64,000 nucleotides of DNA from an uncultured delta proteobacterium (GTDB lineage: Bacteria; Desulfobacterota; Binatia; HRBIN30; BPIQ01), in NCBI GenBank assembly GCA_963761335.1, contig CAVXGR010000011.1, forward strand, positions 512,001 to 576,000. The letters are read 5' to 3'. The stretch's first letter is position 1, and each line of letters starts with the position of its first letter. The position numbers and the translations under genes are program-made. The notes beneath the pieces were generated by a model. That model saw nothing but the letters and a program-made list of their open reading frames with translations. It made no database searches and had not been told where the DNA came from. This document shows, one piece after another, positions 45,791-54,919 of this stretch.

Positions 45791-48700
45791 TCATTCCTTC
45801 ATCGCGCCGGGCAGCTGAATGGCGGCCGGGATTGGATCGGCCGCCGCGCCGACGCTCGCTGTCGGGGAAGCAGGCGTCGCGGTTCCCCTCGCCGGATTCG
45901 GCGTCTCCGTGGGCGCCGGCGTCGGCGAAGCGGCGGCCGGATCGTAGACCCGATAGAAGCCGGCCATGCCCTCCGAGCCCGCACCCTGACGGGCGATCAG
46001 GTCTCCCTCCGGGCTGAAGGCGATGCCGGCGGCGCCGTTCCAGTTGGGCGGAGTGTAACCGGAGGTGTCGCGGGTCGAGAAGGCGTGGGGCAGCCCCGTC
46101 CCGAAGGTCCGGAAGGCCTGCATGGCGGTCGAGAACGGCGGCAGAAATTCGGTGACGCCCCCGCCGTCGTTGACGTACAGGCGCCCGCTGGGTGCGAGTG
46201 CAATGGAGTAGCCGCCGATCAGCCCGGTGGACCAGTCGCAATAGACGCCGTTCATGGGATGCGAGAGCGCCGGAGATGGCCCCGGCCCCTTCCCCGCGAG
46301 CGGACACCCGCAGGTGCCTCCCGGGCAGTCGGAGTCGCTCCCGCACTCGGCGTACGGCTTCTCCCCTCCCACACACGTGAGCCGGTGGGTGCTCGACGGT
46401 GCCGGGTTCCACTTCGCCGCCTCGTAGGTGCAAGGGGCGCCGGCGGCCGAGCTGCGCGAGCTGCAGACACCCCGCGGCCTGCCGTCGGCGATGTTGCCGT
46501 ACCTGGAGAAGGAGCCGTCCGGAATCCCCAGCACGGTATCTGCGGGCATGCCGCTGGCGAGAGCTGCCGGGGCCGAGTTGTTGTAGATCAGAACCCGCCC
46601 TCCGTTGGCAGCGCACCTGCCTCCCGGGCACCCGCCCTCGCAGTTCATGGCGTTGTCGTGGGCGCCCCCGACGCAGTAGCGGTTGGGGCGGAAGTCCACG
46701 ACGTATACGCGGCAAGATCCGTCCACCGCTACGTCCCGCGGCTGGCAGAGTGTGGAGGCGGTGGGATCGGCGCAATCGGCGGAGGAATACGCCGCCGTCA
46801 GATCGGGCTTCCCGAGAACGAGGTCGGCGGCCGTATCGCGCGAGTTGGCCGGGGTACAGATATGGGTGCCGGAAGAACCACAGGGGAGAGATCCCGGTCT
46901 TCGACAGTAGAGCAGCACACGCCCATTTCCGGAGTCCGCGACCCACAGATTTCCCCACGGGTCGATGCCAATGCCCTTGGGGACATTGAGCGAGTCGGAG
47001 CTGGCGGAGCTTTCCCGATTCGCCTTTCGGCCGCTGAAGGTCGCCTGGCCGAACACCCGAATGGAGCTCGGGCCGGCGCCGTCGGTGTCGGAAACGAGAA
47101 ACTGCAGGACCCGATGGTTCCCGAGATCGGAGACGAACAGCGACTCTCCGTTCGGATCGGACAAAGAAACGCCGAGGTCGAAGGGAGCGTGCAGGCCGCG
47201 GGCATTTGTCCCCAGGACTCCGGCGCCGCCGTTCACCCGGTAGTCATCGGCCGAGGGCTGTCCGATGATCGCGTCCGGCTCGGCGTAGCGCCAGGCGGCG
47301 TTCGGATCGCCGTAGACGAGCACGCGGTTGTTGCCCGGGTCTTCGAGGAAGAGCTTGGTCGAGCCATAGGCCGCATTGCCTCCTATCGCCAGCGCAAAGC
47401 CCCGGCCGGCCGCCCTCCGGTGGCGGGTGGCGCAATCGCCGTGGGGCTGTCCGAGGAGGCACGTGGCTCCCATTCCGTTACTGAAGGGAGGCGTGAAGCC
47501 GAGGTAGCGATAGTTGTTCTGGTCGGCGACCCAGATGGTCGAGGCGCTGGAATCCCAGGCAACGCCGCCGGGCGACGTCATGCGGTCGCAGCTGGAGCCG
47601 TCGGAGCTCGCGAAGCCGGGAATGTCCTGGGTGAAGTCCGGCTGGCCGAGCACCAGATCCGCCGCCGCGCCGGAGCCGGGACAGGTGATCGGATCGGTGC
47701 CGGAGCAGGAGTAGCGGAGGACGCGATGGTTCGCCTGATCGGCAACCAGCAGCGCCCGGGTGGCGGTACCGGCCCCGGAGTCGACCACTGCCAGCTGCCG
47801 CGGCTTGCCGAGGGACGAGGCCGTGGGCGAGTCCGCGGCGGCATTGGAGACGAAATCCGCCTGCCCGATCACCGCATCGGCGGCGCTCCCGGAGACGAAC
47901 CCCCGGGGGAACCGCAGGATGCGGCGGTTACCCGAATCGGACACCCAGAGCTCGCCGGCCGAATCGAAGACCACGCCCTCGGGCGTGCAGAGCCTGTCGG
48001 CGGCGATCCCTCCGGCGTTGCAGCCGACCGCGCTCGCATCGGCCTGCCCCAACACATACGTCGGCGGGGCTCCGTTGGCGGCAATCGAGCCAATGTCGGC
48101 CCAGTAGAGAACCCGGCTCCCGCCGGCGTCGGCGACCGCGAGCCCGCTGGGGCAGGTACCGCCCGCGGCGCAGGAGACGCCGCCCACGCCACAGTACCTG
48201 CCGTTGTCGGTCCCACCATGACAGCGGCGCTGGATCGCCAGGGCCACGGCGCCGGCGCCGCTCATCCGCCCGCCGGCCGTGGAGAGCTCGGCCCCGGCCA
48301 TGTCGGACGAGCCGAGGACATAGTCCGCACAGGCGCCGGTGAGCGGCTTGGTCGACAGGTAGATCAACACCCGGTCGCGATCGCCGATCACCGTGCGCCC
48401 GCTGTAGTAGTCGACGGCCACCGGATGCGTCTCGGTCTTGGTCATCGTCCGGCAGGTGCGCAGGCGGGACCCGGCGGTAGCGAGGTCCCCGGGAATGTCG
48501 TCGCCGCATTCCTGCATCGAGTAGTTGCAGCTGCCCACCCCGATGCAGGCATCCACAGCCGTGTTGTTGGCGTTGAAGGAGTCTCTTCGCGTCACGCGCG
48601 TCGGCTCGGATCCCCAGAGACGATCCGGGTCGGAGCCGGTGGGATCATGGGAGAGGTACACCGAGGATGCGGCGTCGTTGGAGTAGGCGTCGATCTCCCC

Positions 48701-49264
48701 GGACCAGTCGTCCTCCGTGGTGCGCATTCCCGCCACTCGATCCGCGTAGGTGTCCCCCTTCTCACCGGTCGAGCGATACGGCCCGGAGTACTGCCCCTGC
48801 TCGATGCCGTTGATGCACTCGCCCGCGCCGACGGCGCAGGTGCTCCCCGGGCAATCGACGTCACCGCTGCATCCGTGACCGCGACGACTCCCGTTGACGC
48901 AGTAGCTGCAGTCGGAGTCCTCGGCACAGGAGATCCGGGCATCCTCGTTCCAGTAGCAGTAGTCGAGATAGTCGTAGCTGGGTCCCTGGTAGCCCGGGCA
49001 GTCGAAGTTGTCGTCGCACCTCTTCCAGGTGGCGACGGCACAGTAGCTGCGCCAGCGACACTTGCGGGCATGCCCGAGCCGGGTGCAGATCCCGCCGCCG
49101 CCGCAATCGACATCGCCCTTGCAGGGGAAGCCGTGGCGGCTTCCGCCGCGACAGAAGTGCGGCTGAATGCCGACCGAATCGGTCACACCCGCGGGCGCGG
49201 GAGAGAGGGCCGGTGAGCAGAGGAGGAGAATGAGACCGGCAGCCTTCCACCACGGACGACACAT
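45791..49264 (-). CDS. Large secreted NHL-repeat protein with inserted Cys-rich minidomains
   Basis: Signal peptide MCRPWWKAAGLILLLC..; NHL blades (VADxxNxRVL, ADxVLGQxDF); repeated CxGGxxxGxxCxxDxDCPGxxC. Confidence 0.85.
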   Translation of the reverse strand: MCRPWWKAAGLILLLCSPALSPAPAGVTDSVGIQPHFCRGGSRHGFPCKGDVDCGGGGICTRLGHARKCRWRSYCAVATWKRCDDNFDCPGYQGPSYDYLDYCYWNEDARISCAEDSDCSYCVNGSRRGHGCSGDVDCPGSTCAVGAGECINGIEQGQYSGPYRSTGEKGDTYADRVAGMRTTEDDWSGEIDAYSNDAASSVYLSHDPTGSDPDRLWGSEPTRVTRRDSFNANNTAVDACIGVGSCNYSMQECGDDIPGDLATAGSRLRTCRTMTKTETHPVAVDYYSGRTVIGDRDRVLIYLSTKPLTGACADYVLGSSDMAGAELSTAGGRMSGAGAVALAIQRRCHGGTDNGRYCGVGGVSCAAGGTCPSGLAVADAGGSRVLYWADIGSIAANGAPPTYVLGQADASAVGCNAGGIAADRLCTPEGVVFDSAGELWVSDSGNRRILRFPRGFVSGSAADAVIGQADFVSNAAADSPTASSLGKPRQLAVVDSGAGTATRALLVADQANHRVLRYSCSGTDPITCPGSGAAADLVLGQPDFTQDIPGFASSDGSSCDRMTSPGGVAWDSSASTIWVADQNNYRYLGFTPPFSNGMGATCLLGQPHGDCATRHRRAAGRGFALAIGGNAAYGSTKLFLEDPGNNRVLVYGDPNAAWRYAEPDAIIGQPSADDYRVNGGAGVLGTNARGLHAPFDLGVSLSDPNGESLFVSDLGNHRVLQFLVSDTDGAGPSSIRVFGQATFSGRKANRESSASSDSLNVPKGIGIDPWGNLWVADSGNGRVLLYCRRPGSLPCGSSGTHICTPANSRDTAADLVLGKPDLTAAYSSADCADPTASTLCQPRDVAVDGSCRVYVVDFRPNRYCVGGAHDNAMNCEGGCPGGRCAANGGRVLIYNNSAPAALASGMPADTVLGIPDGSFSRYGNIADGRPRGVCSSRSSAAGAPCTYEAAKWNPAPSSTHRLTCVGGEKPYAECGSDSDCPGGTCGCPLAGKGPGPSPALSHPMNGVYCDWSTGLIGGYSIALAPSGRLYVNDGGGVTEFLPPFSTAMQAFRTFGTGLPHAFSTRDTSGYTPPNWNGAAGIAFSPEGDLIARQGAGSEGMAGFYRVYDPAAASPTPAPTETPNPARGTATPASPTASVGAAADPIPAAIQLPGAMKE

Positions 49265-49275
49265 GTGACCACCGT

Positions 49276-49619
49276 AATGAATGAACACACGCAGCGGTTT
49301 CAACCCCGGGGCCCTCCGCCGGCACACCGGCGAAGTAGAAGCGGCGTCTCGCCGCTTCGAGAAGCGCCGGGACGGCGCTTCCACCTTGCGCAATGAATGA
49401 ACACACGCAGCGGTTTCAACCCCGGGCTCCGCCGGCAAACAGGCGAAGTAGAAGCGGCGTCTCGCCGCTTCGAGAAGCGCCGGGACGGCGCTTCTACCTT
49501 GCGCAATGAATGAACACACGCAGCGGTTTCAACCCCGGGGCCCTCCGCCGGCACACCGGCCAAGTAGAAGCGGCGTCTCGCCGCTTCGAGAAGCGCCGGG
49601 ACGGCGCTTCTACCTTGCG
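49276..49619. repeat. Tandem array of 3 x ~113-116 bp REP-doublet units
   Basis: AATGAATGAACACACGCAGCGG at 49276, 49392, 49505; each unit has the GTAGAAGCGGCG doublet; family E remnant follows at 49643-49694. Confidence 0.93.
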
Positions 49620-49695
49620 TCTTCGCCCAGCGGTTGCGACATTGTCTCAAACCCAGCAAAACGATCTTGGCTCTTCCGGGGTTTTGAGACGGCCG

Positions 49696-50490
49696 ATGCT
49701 CGTCGATGCTCACGTCCACTTGCTCCCCGACCGCCTGGGGGCAGCGATCCGGCGCTTCTTCCCGCCCGAGATCACGGCGCGCTTCGTCTATCCGCACGAC
49801 CCATCTGCCGCCCGCCAAGCGCTGGTCGACGCCGGCGTGGGCCGCTGCTGGAGCCTGCCCTATGCCCGGCGCCCGGGATCAGCGAGCCAGCTGAACCGGT
49901 GGATGGCGGCAACCTTCGGCGGCGATTCAGTCGTCGTTCCCGGGGCCACGCTGCATCCCGGCGATGACGTGGAAGCCGTTCTCCGCGAGGCGCTCGATGA
50001 TCTCGGACTCGGCCTCCTCAAGCTCCACTGCTCGGTGGGAGACTTCGATCCCGGCGATCCTCGCCTCGAGCCGCTCTGGCGGCGGGTATCGACGACGGGT
50101 CATCCGGTCGTCGTGCATGCCGGCCACGCGGTGAACGGCACCACGTCGGCAGCAGACGTGCAGGCCATCGGGCGGGTCGCGAAGCGCTGGCCGGAAGCTC
50201 GCATCATCGTCGCCCACTGTGGCGCCCCGGCGGTGCAGGCCACCCTCGCGCTGCTGCGCTCGACGCCATCCACCTACGCGGACCTGACTCCGGTGGTGAC
50301 CGCGGCCGTGCCGTTGGATCGCGCCGCGATCCACGGGCTGGAGCGGCGGCTTCTCTTCGGCAGCGACACGCCCAACGTGGCGATTGCGGTCGAAAGCCTG
50401 GTGGAACACGTGCGCTCCCTCGAGCTGCCGGCGAGCGACGAGGCCGCCATCCTCGGCGGAACGGCGAGCAACCTTCTGCGCCGCTCGTAG
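49696..50490 (+). CDS. Amidohydrolase_2 family metal-dependent hydrolase
   Basis: VDAHVH, LKLH, VVVHAG, IVAHCG, LLFGSDTP. Confidence 0.9.
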   Translation: MLVDAHVHLLPDRLGAAIRRFFPPEITARFVYPHDPSAARQALVDAGVGRCWSLPYARRPGSASQLNRWMAATFGGDSVVVPGATLHPGDDVEAVLREALDDLGLGLLKLHCSVGDFDPGDPRLEPLWRRVSTTGHPVVVHAGHAVNGTTSAADVQAIGRVAKRWPEARIIVAHCGAPAVQATLALLRSTPSTYADLTPVVTAAVPLDRAAIHGLERRLLFGSDTPNVAIAVESLVEHVRSLELPASDEAAILGGTASNLLRRS

Positions 50491-50565
50491 CTCCGCCCTG
50501 GGAGTTGGTGTCTAAGTTGCCAACCTGGATTTTGCGCTTGTCACTGCAGCCCGGCGCCCCAGGGT

Positions 50566-50670
50566 TTCCTCTCCCCGCATTTCCGCGGGGAGAGGATTGA
50601 GGGTATTCGCGGCGTTCAAAGATCGGCACCCTCACCCTGCCCCTCTCCCGCAGGCAATGCGGGAGAGGGA
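50566..50670. repeat. Repeat family B copy
   Basis: cctctccccgc..gcggggagagg / ccctctcccgc..gcgggagaggg. Confidence 0.85.
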
Positions 50671-50742
50671 GCTCACGCTTGCAGCGACGCGAAGGCCAAC
50701 CGATCATCGTTGTCGATGGCTCGCATTGCGCACCTGAGGACA

Positions 50743-51354
50743 CTACCTGCCGGGAGAGGCTGCCGCGATCAGCGCCCGCAGGCGCGCGATCGCGTCGTCG
50801 TAGCGCGCCATGGTCGCCGCGATCTCGCGGCGCTCGGCGGCGCTCTTCCCGGCGGCTTCGAGGTCGCGGTGGAGCTTCTCCCGATAGGTGAGGAAGAAAT
50901 CGAGGGTGTCGCGGCGCTCCTCCGCTCGGTTCAGCTCCGGCATCCGCCGGGCCATCTCGAAGTAGATCTCGGGGTGGCGCAGGTCCTGCTCCGTGAACCA
51001 CTGGTTGGTCGCGAACTCCCTCTCGCCGCCGCTGGTGCGGGGTTCCGCCGTGCGCGGCAGAGCAGCGAGGTCGAACACCGGTAGCGTTGGCGCGGCTGAC
51101 GGCGACCGCTCCGTCCGCTGCGGCACCGGTGACGCCGGAACCGATTGGCGCGCGCGCCGCGTCTCCGCAGCGGGCGATGACCGAGTCGCGTCGCTTGGCG
51201 ACTCGTAAAGGCGCGGCGACGGCAGGGCCGCGGGAGGCAGCACAGCCCGCGGCCGGCCGCCGGCAATCCACCGCGTCAGAGCGAAGGCGGCGAGCAGGAC
51301 CGCCACCACGGCCAGCGCCATCCTCCACCCGCGAGACGCACGCGGCTGCATCAC
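50743..51354 (-). CDS. Membrane-anchored hypothetical protein (TM, Pro/Ala linker, helical domain)
   Basis: N-terminal TM; starts 9 bp after the upstream stop. Confidence 0.7.
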   Translation of the reverse strand: MMQPRASRGWRMALAVVAVLLAAFALTRWIAGGRPRAVLPPAALPSPRLYESPSDATRSSPAAETRRARQSVPASPVPQRTERSPSAAPTLPVFDLAALPRTAEPRTSGGEREFATNQWFTEQDLRHPEIYFEMARRMPELNRAEERRDTLDFFLTYREKLHRDLEAAGKSAAERREIAATMARYDDAIARLRALIAAASPGR

Positions 51355-51363
51355 CAGCTCCGC

Positions 51364-53490
51364 TCAGCGGATGCCGAGGAACGGATTGAACTGGTAGCTG
51401 ACGTCCACTGCCTCGCTGAAGGTGAGCTGGCGCAGCACGGTACGGGCGGGATCGATCGTCCAGTCGCCGGCGGCGAGGTTGTTGTCGCCGTCGCTCTGTG
51501 CCCACCACGCGGTGCCGGCGTCATCGGCGTAATCGTCGCCGTCCATCGCCCCGCCGATGTAGGCGCTGCCGTTGCCGGCGACCCCGGGATAGATGAAGGG
51601 TGCGTCGAAGGTCATGTTGTTCCCGAGGCAGGAGCGCAGCACCCAGACGTCGTCCCACAGGGAGATCAGGTTGTACGGGCTCTTGAAGTTGTACCACTGC
51701 CCGCCGCTCGGATCCGGCGGCGGCGACGGCGTGGCGGTCTCGCTCGGGTAGTACATGACGCCGTCGTTGCCGGAGGTGCCGACCTTGTCGTCGGCGTGCG
51801 CGCAGACGGGGCCGTTGTTGTCCCACCAGTCGCAGATGCCGTGGCCTTTCGCCTCGATGTAGATGGCGGGGCGCGGATCGTTCACGCCCACGGAGGTGTC
51901 GGTGAACAGGCTGAAGCCGCGCTCCGGGTCGTTGTCGAGATCGTCGGCGTCGGCGCCGACGCCGTTGCCGACACCGTCGTTGGCCACGGCGTACTCGTAG
52001 AAATTGCCGTGCGCCTCGGTCTCCAGGACGCGGAATCGCCCGTAGGTGGTGCCGTCCTTCTGCACCATCACCATGAGGTCTTCCGTATCGTTCTCATGGC
52101 AGTCCGGATCCGGCCCGCAGGTGCCGAAGAAGACGTTGTCCCAGTCGCGCGGGTGGAACGTGTGGTAGTGAATGAACCAGTGCGTCGAGGTCTCGAGGAC
52201 GTCGTAATAGAGGTACGGGGCAATACCGGCATCCGGCAGGTTGTTCCAGTTGTTGTTGCTGCGCCAGTCGTTATCGTAGTTGATCTTGCCGATGTAATCC
52301 GCGTTCCACTTGCTGGCGGTGTCCTGGAAGATGAGCGGCGCCCAGCGGTAGGCGAGGCTCCGATAGAAAGCCGGCTCGCTGTACGACTCGCTGTCGGGGT
52401 TGCAGGGCTGTGGCGTCGCCGCCGTCGCCGTCGCCGAGGCGGTCGAGGTCGCCGAAGGGCCTGGCGATGGTGACCGAGTCGCCGTCGCCATCGTCGTCGG
52501 GGTGGGGAAAACCGTCGCCGGCAGGCTCGGCGTCGGTACGGCCGTGGCGGTGGCGGTGAGAGTAATGGTTCCGGATGGGGCGGCAGTTGCCGTGGGCGTC
52601 GGCGTGGGGTTGAACGGCCGGTACACGGCATCGAACAGATCATCGGCGTGCAGCTCGACCACCGCCTTGACGCAGGCGCCCTCCGCCGTCAGATCGGCGC
52701 CGCAGCTGTCGAGATCGGCGAAGGCAATCGTCTCGCAGCGCGCCAGGATTTCGTCGACCCGGGCGCGTGCCCGAGCCACTCTTCCCTTCACATCGGCTGT
52801 CCGGCAGTCCAGCCCCGTGGGAGCGCGATCCTCCTGGAGCTGGCAACGCTGCTGCTCCTTCATGCGCGCCCCGAGGTACTTCCGCAGCGCCTTGCCGATG
52901 TACCCCTGACACGTGACGCTGTTGGCAGCCGCAGGTGCGGGCGGCGTCCCATAGGCCGCGGTCACCACCTGGGTGGCGTGCTCCTCGGCGACGCACGCAA
53001 GACACGCGGCGACGCCGGCGTAGTCCGAGATCGCTATGGTGTCGCAAGGCGCCGGGCAGACCGCGTACTGGTTGTCCGCCGGCGACAGGAATTGGCAGCC
53101 GCGTACCGCCAGCGAAGCCAGTCTCCTCTCGGCGGCGGCAACCCGCACTGAGGCCGGCGCGCTCACCGGGTCATTGCAGTCGACGCCGGCAGAGATGCTG
53201 CCGCGCATGCGCAGCTTGTGACACGTGGCCCGTTCAGCCAGCACGGTGTCGGCGAGCTTACGGACACCTTTGCCGATGTTCTTGCGGCACTTGGCGCGTT
53301 CCCGCGACAGCTGCGCCCCGGCCCGCGGCGCCGCGACGATCAGCAGCAGAAACGCCGCCGCGACGCACACCGGAATGCGGCGCGCGGTCGTCCGCCGGTA
53401 TCCACCGCGATTCCCAATAGCGAGCGTGACACCCGTCCCCCAGATCGCTGCATACTCCCGGAGCAGGGAGAAAGGCAATGGCCAAGTCAT
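51364..53490 (-). CDS. Secreted protein: Cys-rich helical repeats, Thr-Pro linker, NPP1/Vps62-like C-terminal domain
   Basis: Signal ..AAFLLLIVAAPRAGA; YRWAPLIFQD, YYDVLET, FHPRDW, CHENDTE, EAHG, IEAKGHG; start uncertain. Confidence 0.75.
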   Translation of the reverse strand: MTWPLPFSLLREYAAIWGTGVTLAIGNRGGYRRTTARRIPVCVAAAFLLLIVAAPRAGAQLSRERAKCRKNIGKGVRKLADTVLAERATCHKLRMRGSISAGVDCNDPVSAPASVRVAAAERRLASLAVRGCQFLSPADNQYAVCPAPCDTIAISDYAGVAACLACVAEEHATQVVTAAYGTPPAPAAANSVTCQGYIGKALRKYLGARMKEQQRCQLQEDRAPTGLDCRTADVKGRVARARARVDEILARCETIAFADLDSCGADLTAEGACVKAVVELHADDLFDAVYRPFNPTPTPTATAAPSGTITLTATATAVPTPSLPATVFPTPTTMATATRSPSPGPSATSTASATATAATPQPCNPDSESYSEPAFYRSLAYRWAPLIFQDTASKWNADYIGKINYDNDWRSNNNWNNLPDAGIAPYLYYDVLETSTHWFIHYHTFHPRDWDNVFFGTCGPDPDCHENDTEDLMVMVQKDGTTYGRFRVLETEAHGNFYEYAVANDGVGNGVGADADDLDNDPERGFSLFTDTSVGVNDPRPAIYIEAKGHGICDWWDNNGPVCAHADDKVGTSGNDGVMYYPSETATPSPPPDPSGGQWYNFKSPYNLISLWDDVWVLRSCLGNNMTFDAPFIYPGVAGNGSAYIGGAMDGDDYADDAGTAWWAQSDGDNNLAAGDWTIDPARTVLRQLTFSEAVDVSYQFNPFLGIR

Positions 53491-53594
53491 TGCCGGTGGA
53501 TTCACAACGCGCCGGCGTCCCACGCCACCGAGCCCGGGCGCGCTGCAGAGCGTCAGCATCCGGCTGGGGACCAGGCCGCCCGCGGGAGGGCCAC

Positions 53595-54155
53595 TCAGCC
53601 CAGAATCTCGCTCACTCGGAGAAGGATGCGCGGGAAGGCCGCGGACGCGAGGCGCCGGCCCCGGGTCAGAATCTTGACCTCGCGATAGACGCGAAATGAT
53701 GGCTCGCGGTGCACTTCGATCCTCCGCCCGGGAAGATCGACGAGCCAGACCTCCGGGATGCCGGCGCGTGCATAGAGTGGGATCTTGGTGCGCCGGTCGT
53801 AGAGGAGCGAGGAGTCGGCGACCTCGACTACCAGGAGCACGTCGTCCGGCTCGGGATGCCGTCCGCCGTAATAGTCGGAGCGCGGTCGCAAGACGGCGAT
53901 ATCAGGCTCGGGCTCGGAGTACCGGTTGAGAACGATCGGATTCTGCGTCGCGACGATCGCCCGGCGTCCAAGACGCCGGTGCAGCAGAGCCGATGTGCGG
54001 TTCACGCATCCAGCGTGGGGGCTGCGGATCGGGCTCATCGGAATGATCACTCCCTCGATCAGCTCGACGCGGTCGTCGGGCCGCAGGAGCCCGTCGTCGA
54101 CCATCCGGTGGTAGTCCCCGATGGTATAGAGCCGTCGCGTCGAATGCGTCTTCAT
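53595..54155 (-). CDS. Uma2 (DUF820) family endonuclease-fold protein
   Basis: RVELIEG, SEPEPDIAV, LVVEVADSS, KIPLYARAGIPEVWLVDL. Confidence 0.93.
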   Translation of the reverse strand: MKTHSTRRLYTIGDYHRMVDDGLLRPDDRVELIEGVIIPMSPIRSPHAGCVNRTSALLHRRLGRRAIVATQNPIVLNRYSEPEPDIAVLRPRSDYYGGRHPEPDDVLLVVEVADSSLLYDRRTKIPLYARAGIPEVWLVDLPGRRIEVHREPSFRVYREVKILTRGRRLASAAFPRILLRVSEILG

Positions 54156-54200
54156 GGCGCCCGACGAAGCTAGCACGGCTGCACCGGCGAGACCAACTCT

Positions 54201-54866
54201 TCAGCCGCCGAAGTCGGCGATCAGCCGCGGGCGCAGCACCGCAGTCCACAGGACGTAGCCGGCCGGCGATAGGTGCAAGCCGTCTTCGAGAAACAGCTCG
54301 CGCCGCCGGTGGCCGCGCCGGTCGAAGGAAGGAGTCGCAACATCGACCCAGACGCGCCGCGCATCTTCTCGCGCCAAGGTGGCGAGGAGCTCGTTCAGTC
54401 GCCGCACGAGCGGCCAGCGCCGCCGGCGCGCCGGGCTGGGCTTCACCGAGAGCAGATAGAGACGCGCCTGCGGCACCTCGCGTGCCAGCAAGTCGGCAAA
54501 CGCCGCGACCTCCGCGAGCACGTCCTCCGGTCTCTTGCCGGTGCGGGCCTCGAGGTCGTTCTCCCCGGCGTAGAGCACGACGCCTCGCGGCCGGTACGGC
54601 AGCACGATGCGCGGAGCGAAGAACAACGCTTGATGGGCCTGAGAGCCACCGAAGCCGCGGTTGAGCACGGCGAGGGGCGCCATGTCGGCGGCGAGCGTCG
54701 TCCACATGCGAATGCTCGAGCTTCCGGTGAAGACGATGGCACCGAGGGGCGGCGGCGAGCGCTGGCCTTCCTGCTCGAAGGCGCGAATCTCCGCTTCCCA
54801 GGTCTCCGGAGGCTCCAGCCACAACCGTCGGCTCACGTCGCGCCTCGACGGCAAACCTTTGGACAC
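54201..54866 (-). CDS. SGNH/GDSL hydrolase
   Basis: FTGSSSIRMW, NRGFGGS, YAGEND, DGLHLSPAGY. Confidence 0.92.
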   Translation of the reverse strand: MSKGLPSRRDVSRRLWLEPPETWEAEIRAFEQEGQRSPPPLGAIVFTGSSSIRMWTTLAADMAPLAVLNRGFGGSQAHQALFFAPRIVLPYRPRGVVLYAGENDLEARTGKRPEDVLAEVAAFADLLAREVPQARLYLLSVKPSPARRRRWPLVRRLNELLATLAREDARRVWVDVATPSFDRRGHRRRELFLEDGLHLSPAGYVLWTAVLRPRLIADFGG

Positions 54867-54919
54867 AGCACCTCTGCGTGTGTATTGGCTATCTCGTACA
54901 CGACAGCTTCAATGCCGCA

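Noticed and set aside
46085..49216. 1043-aa plus-strand ORF
   Set aside because: Antisense shadow of the NHL protein gene
53595..54155. Uma2 protein as a defence system or repeat mobiliser
   Set aside because: Common multicopy stand-alone family; no partner genes or flanking repeats
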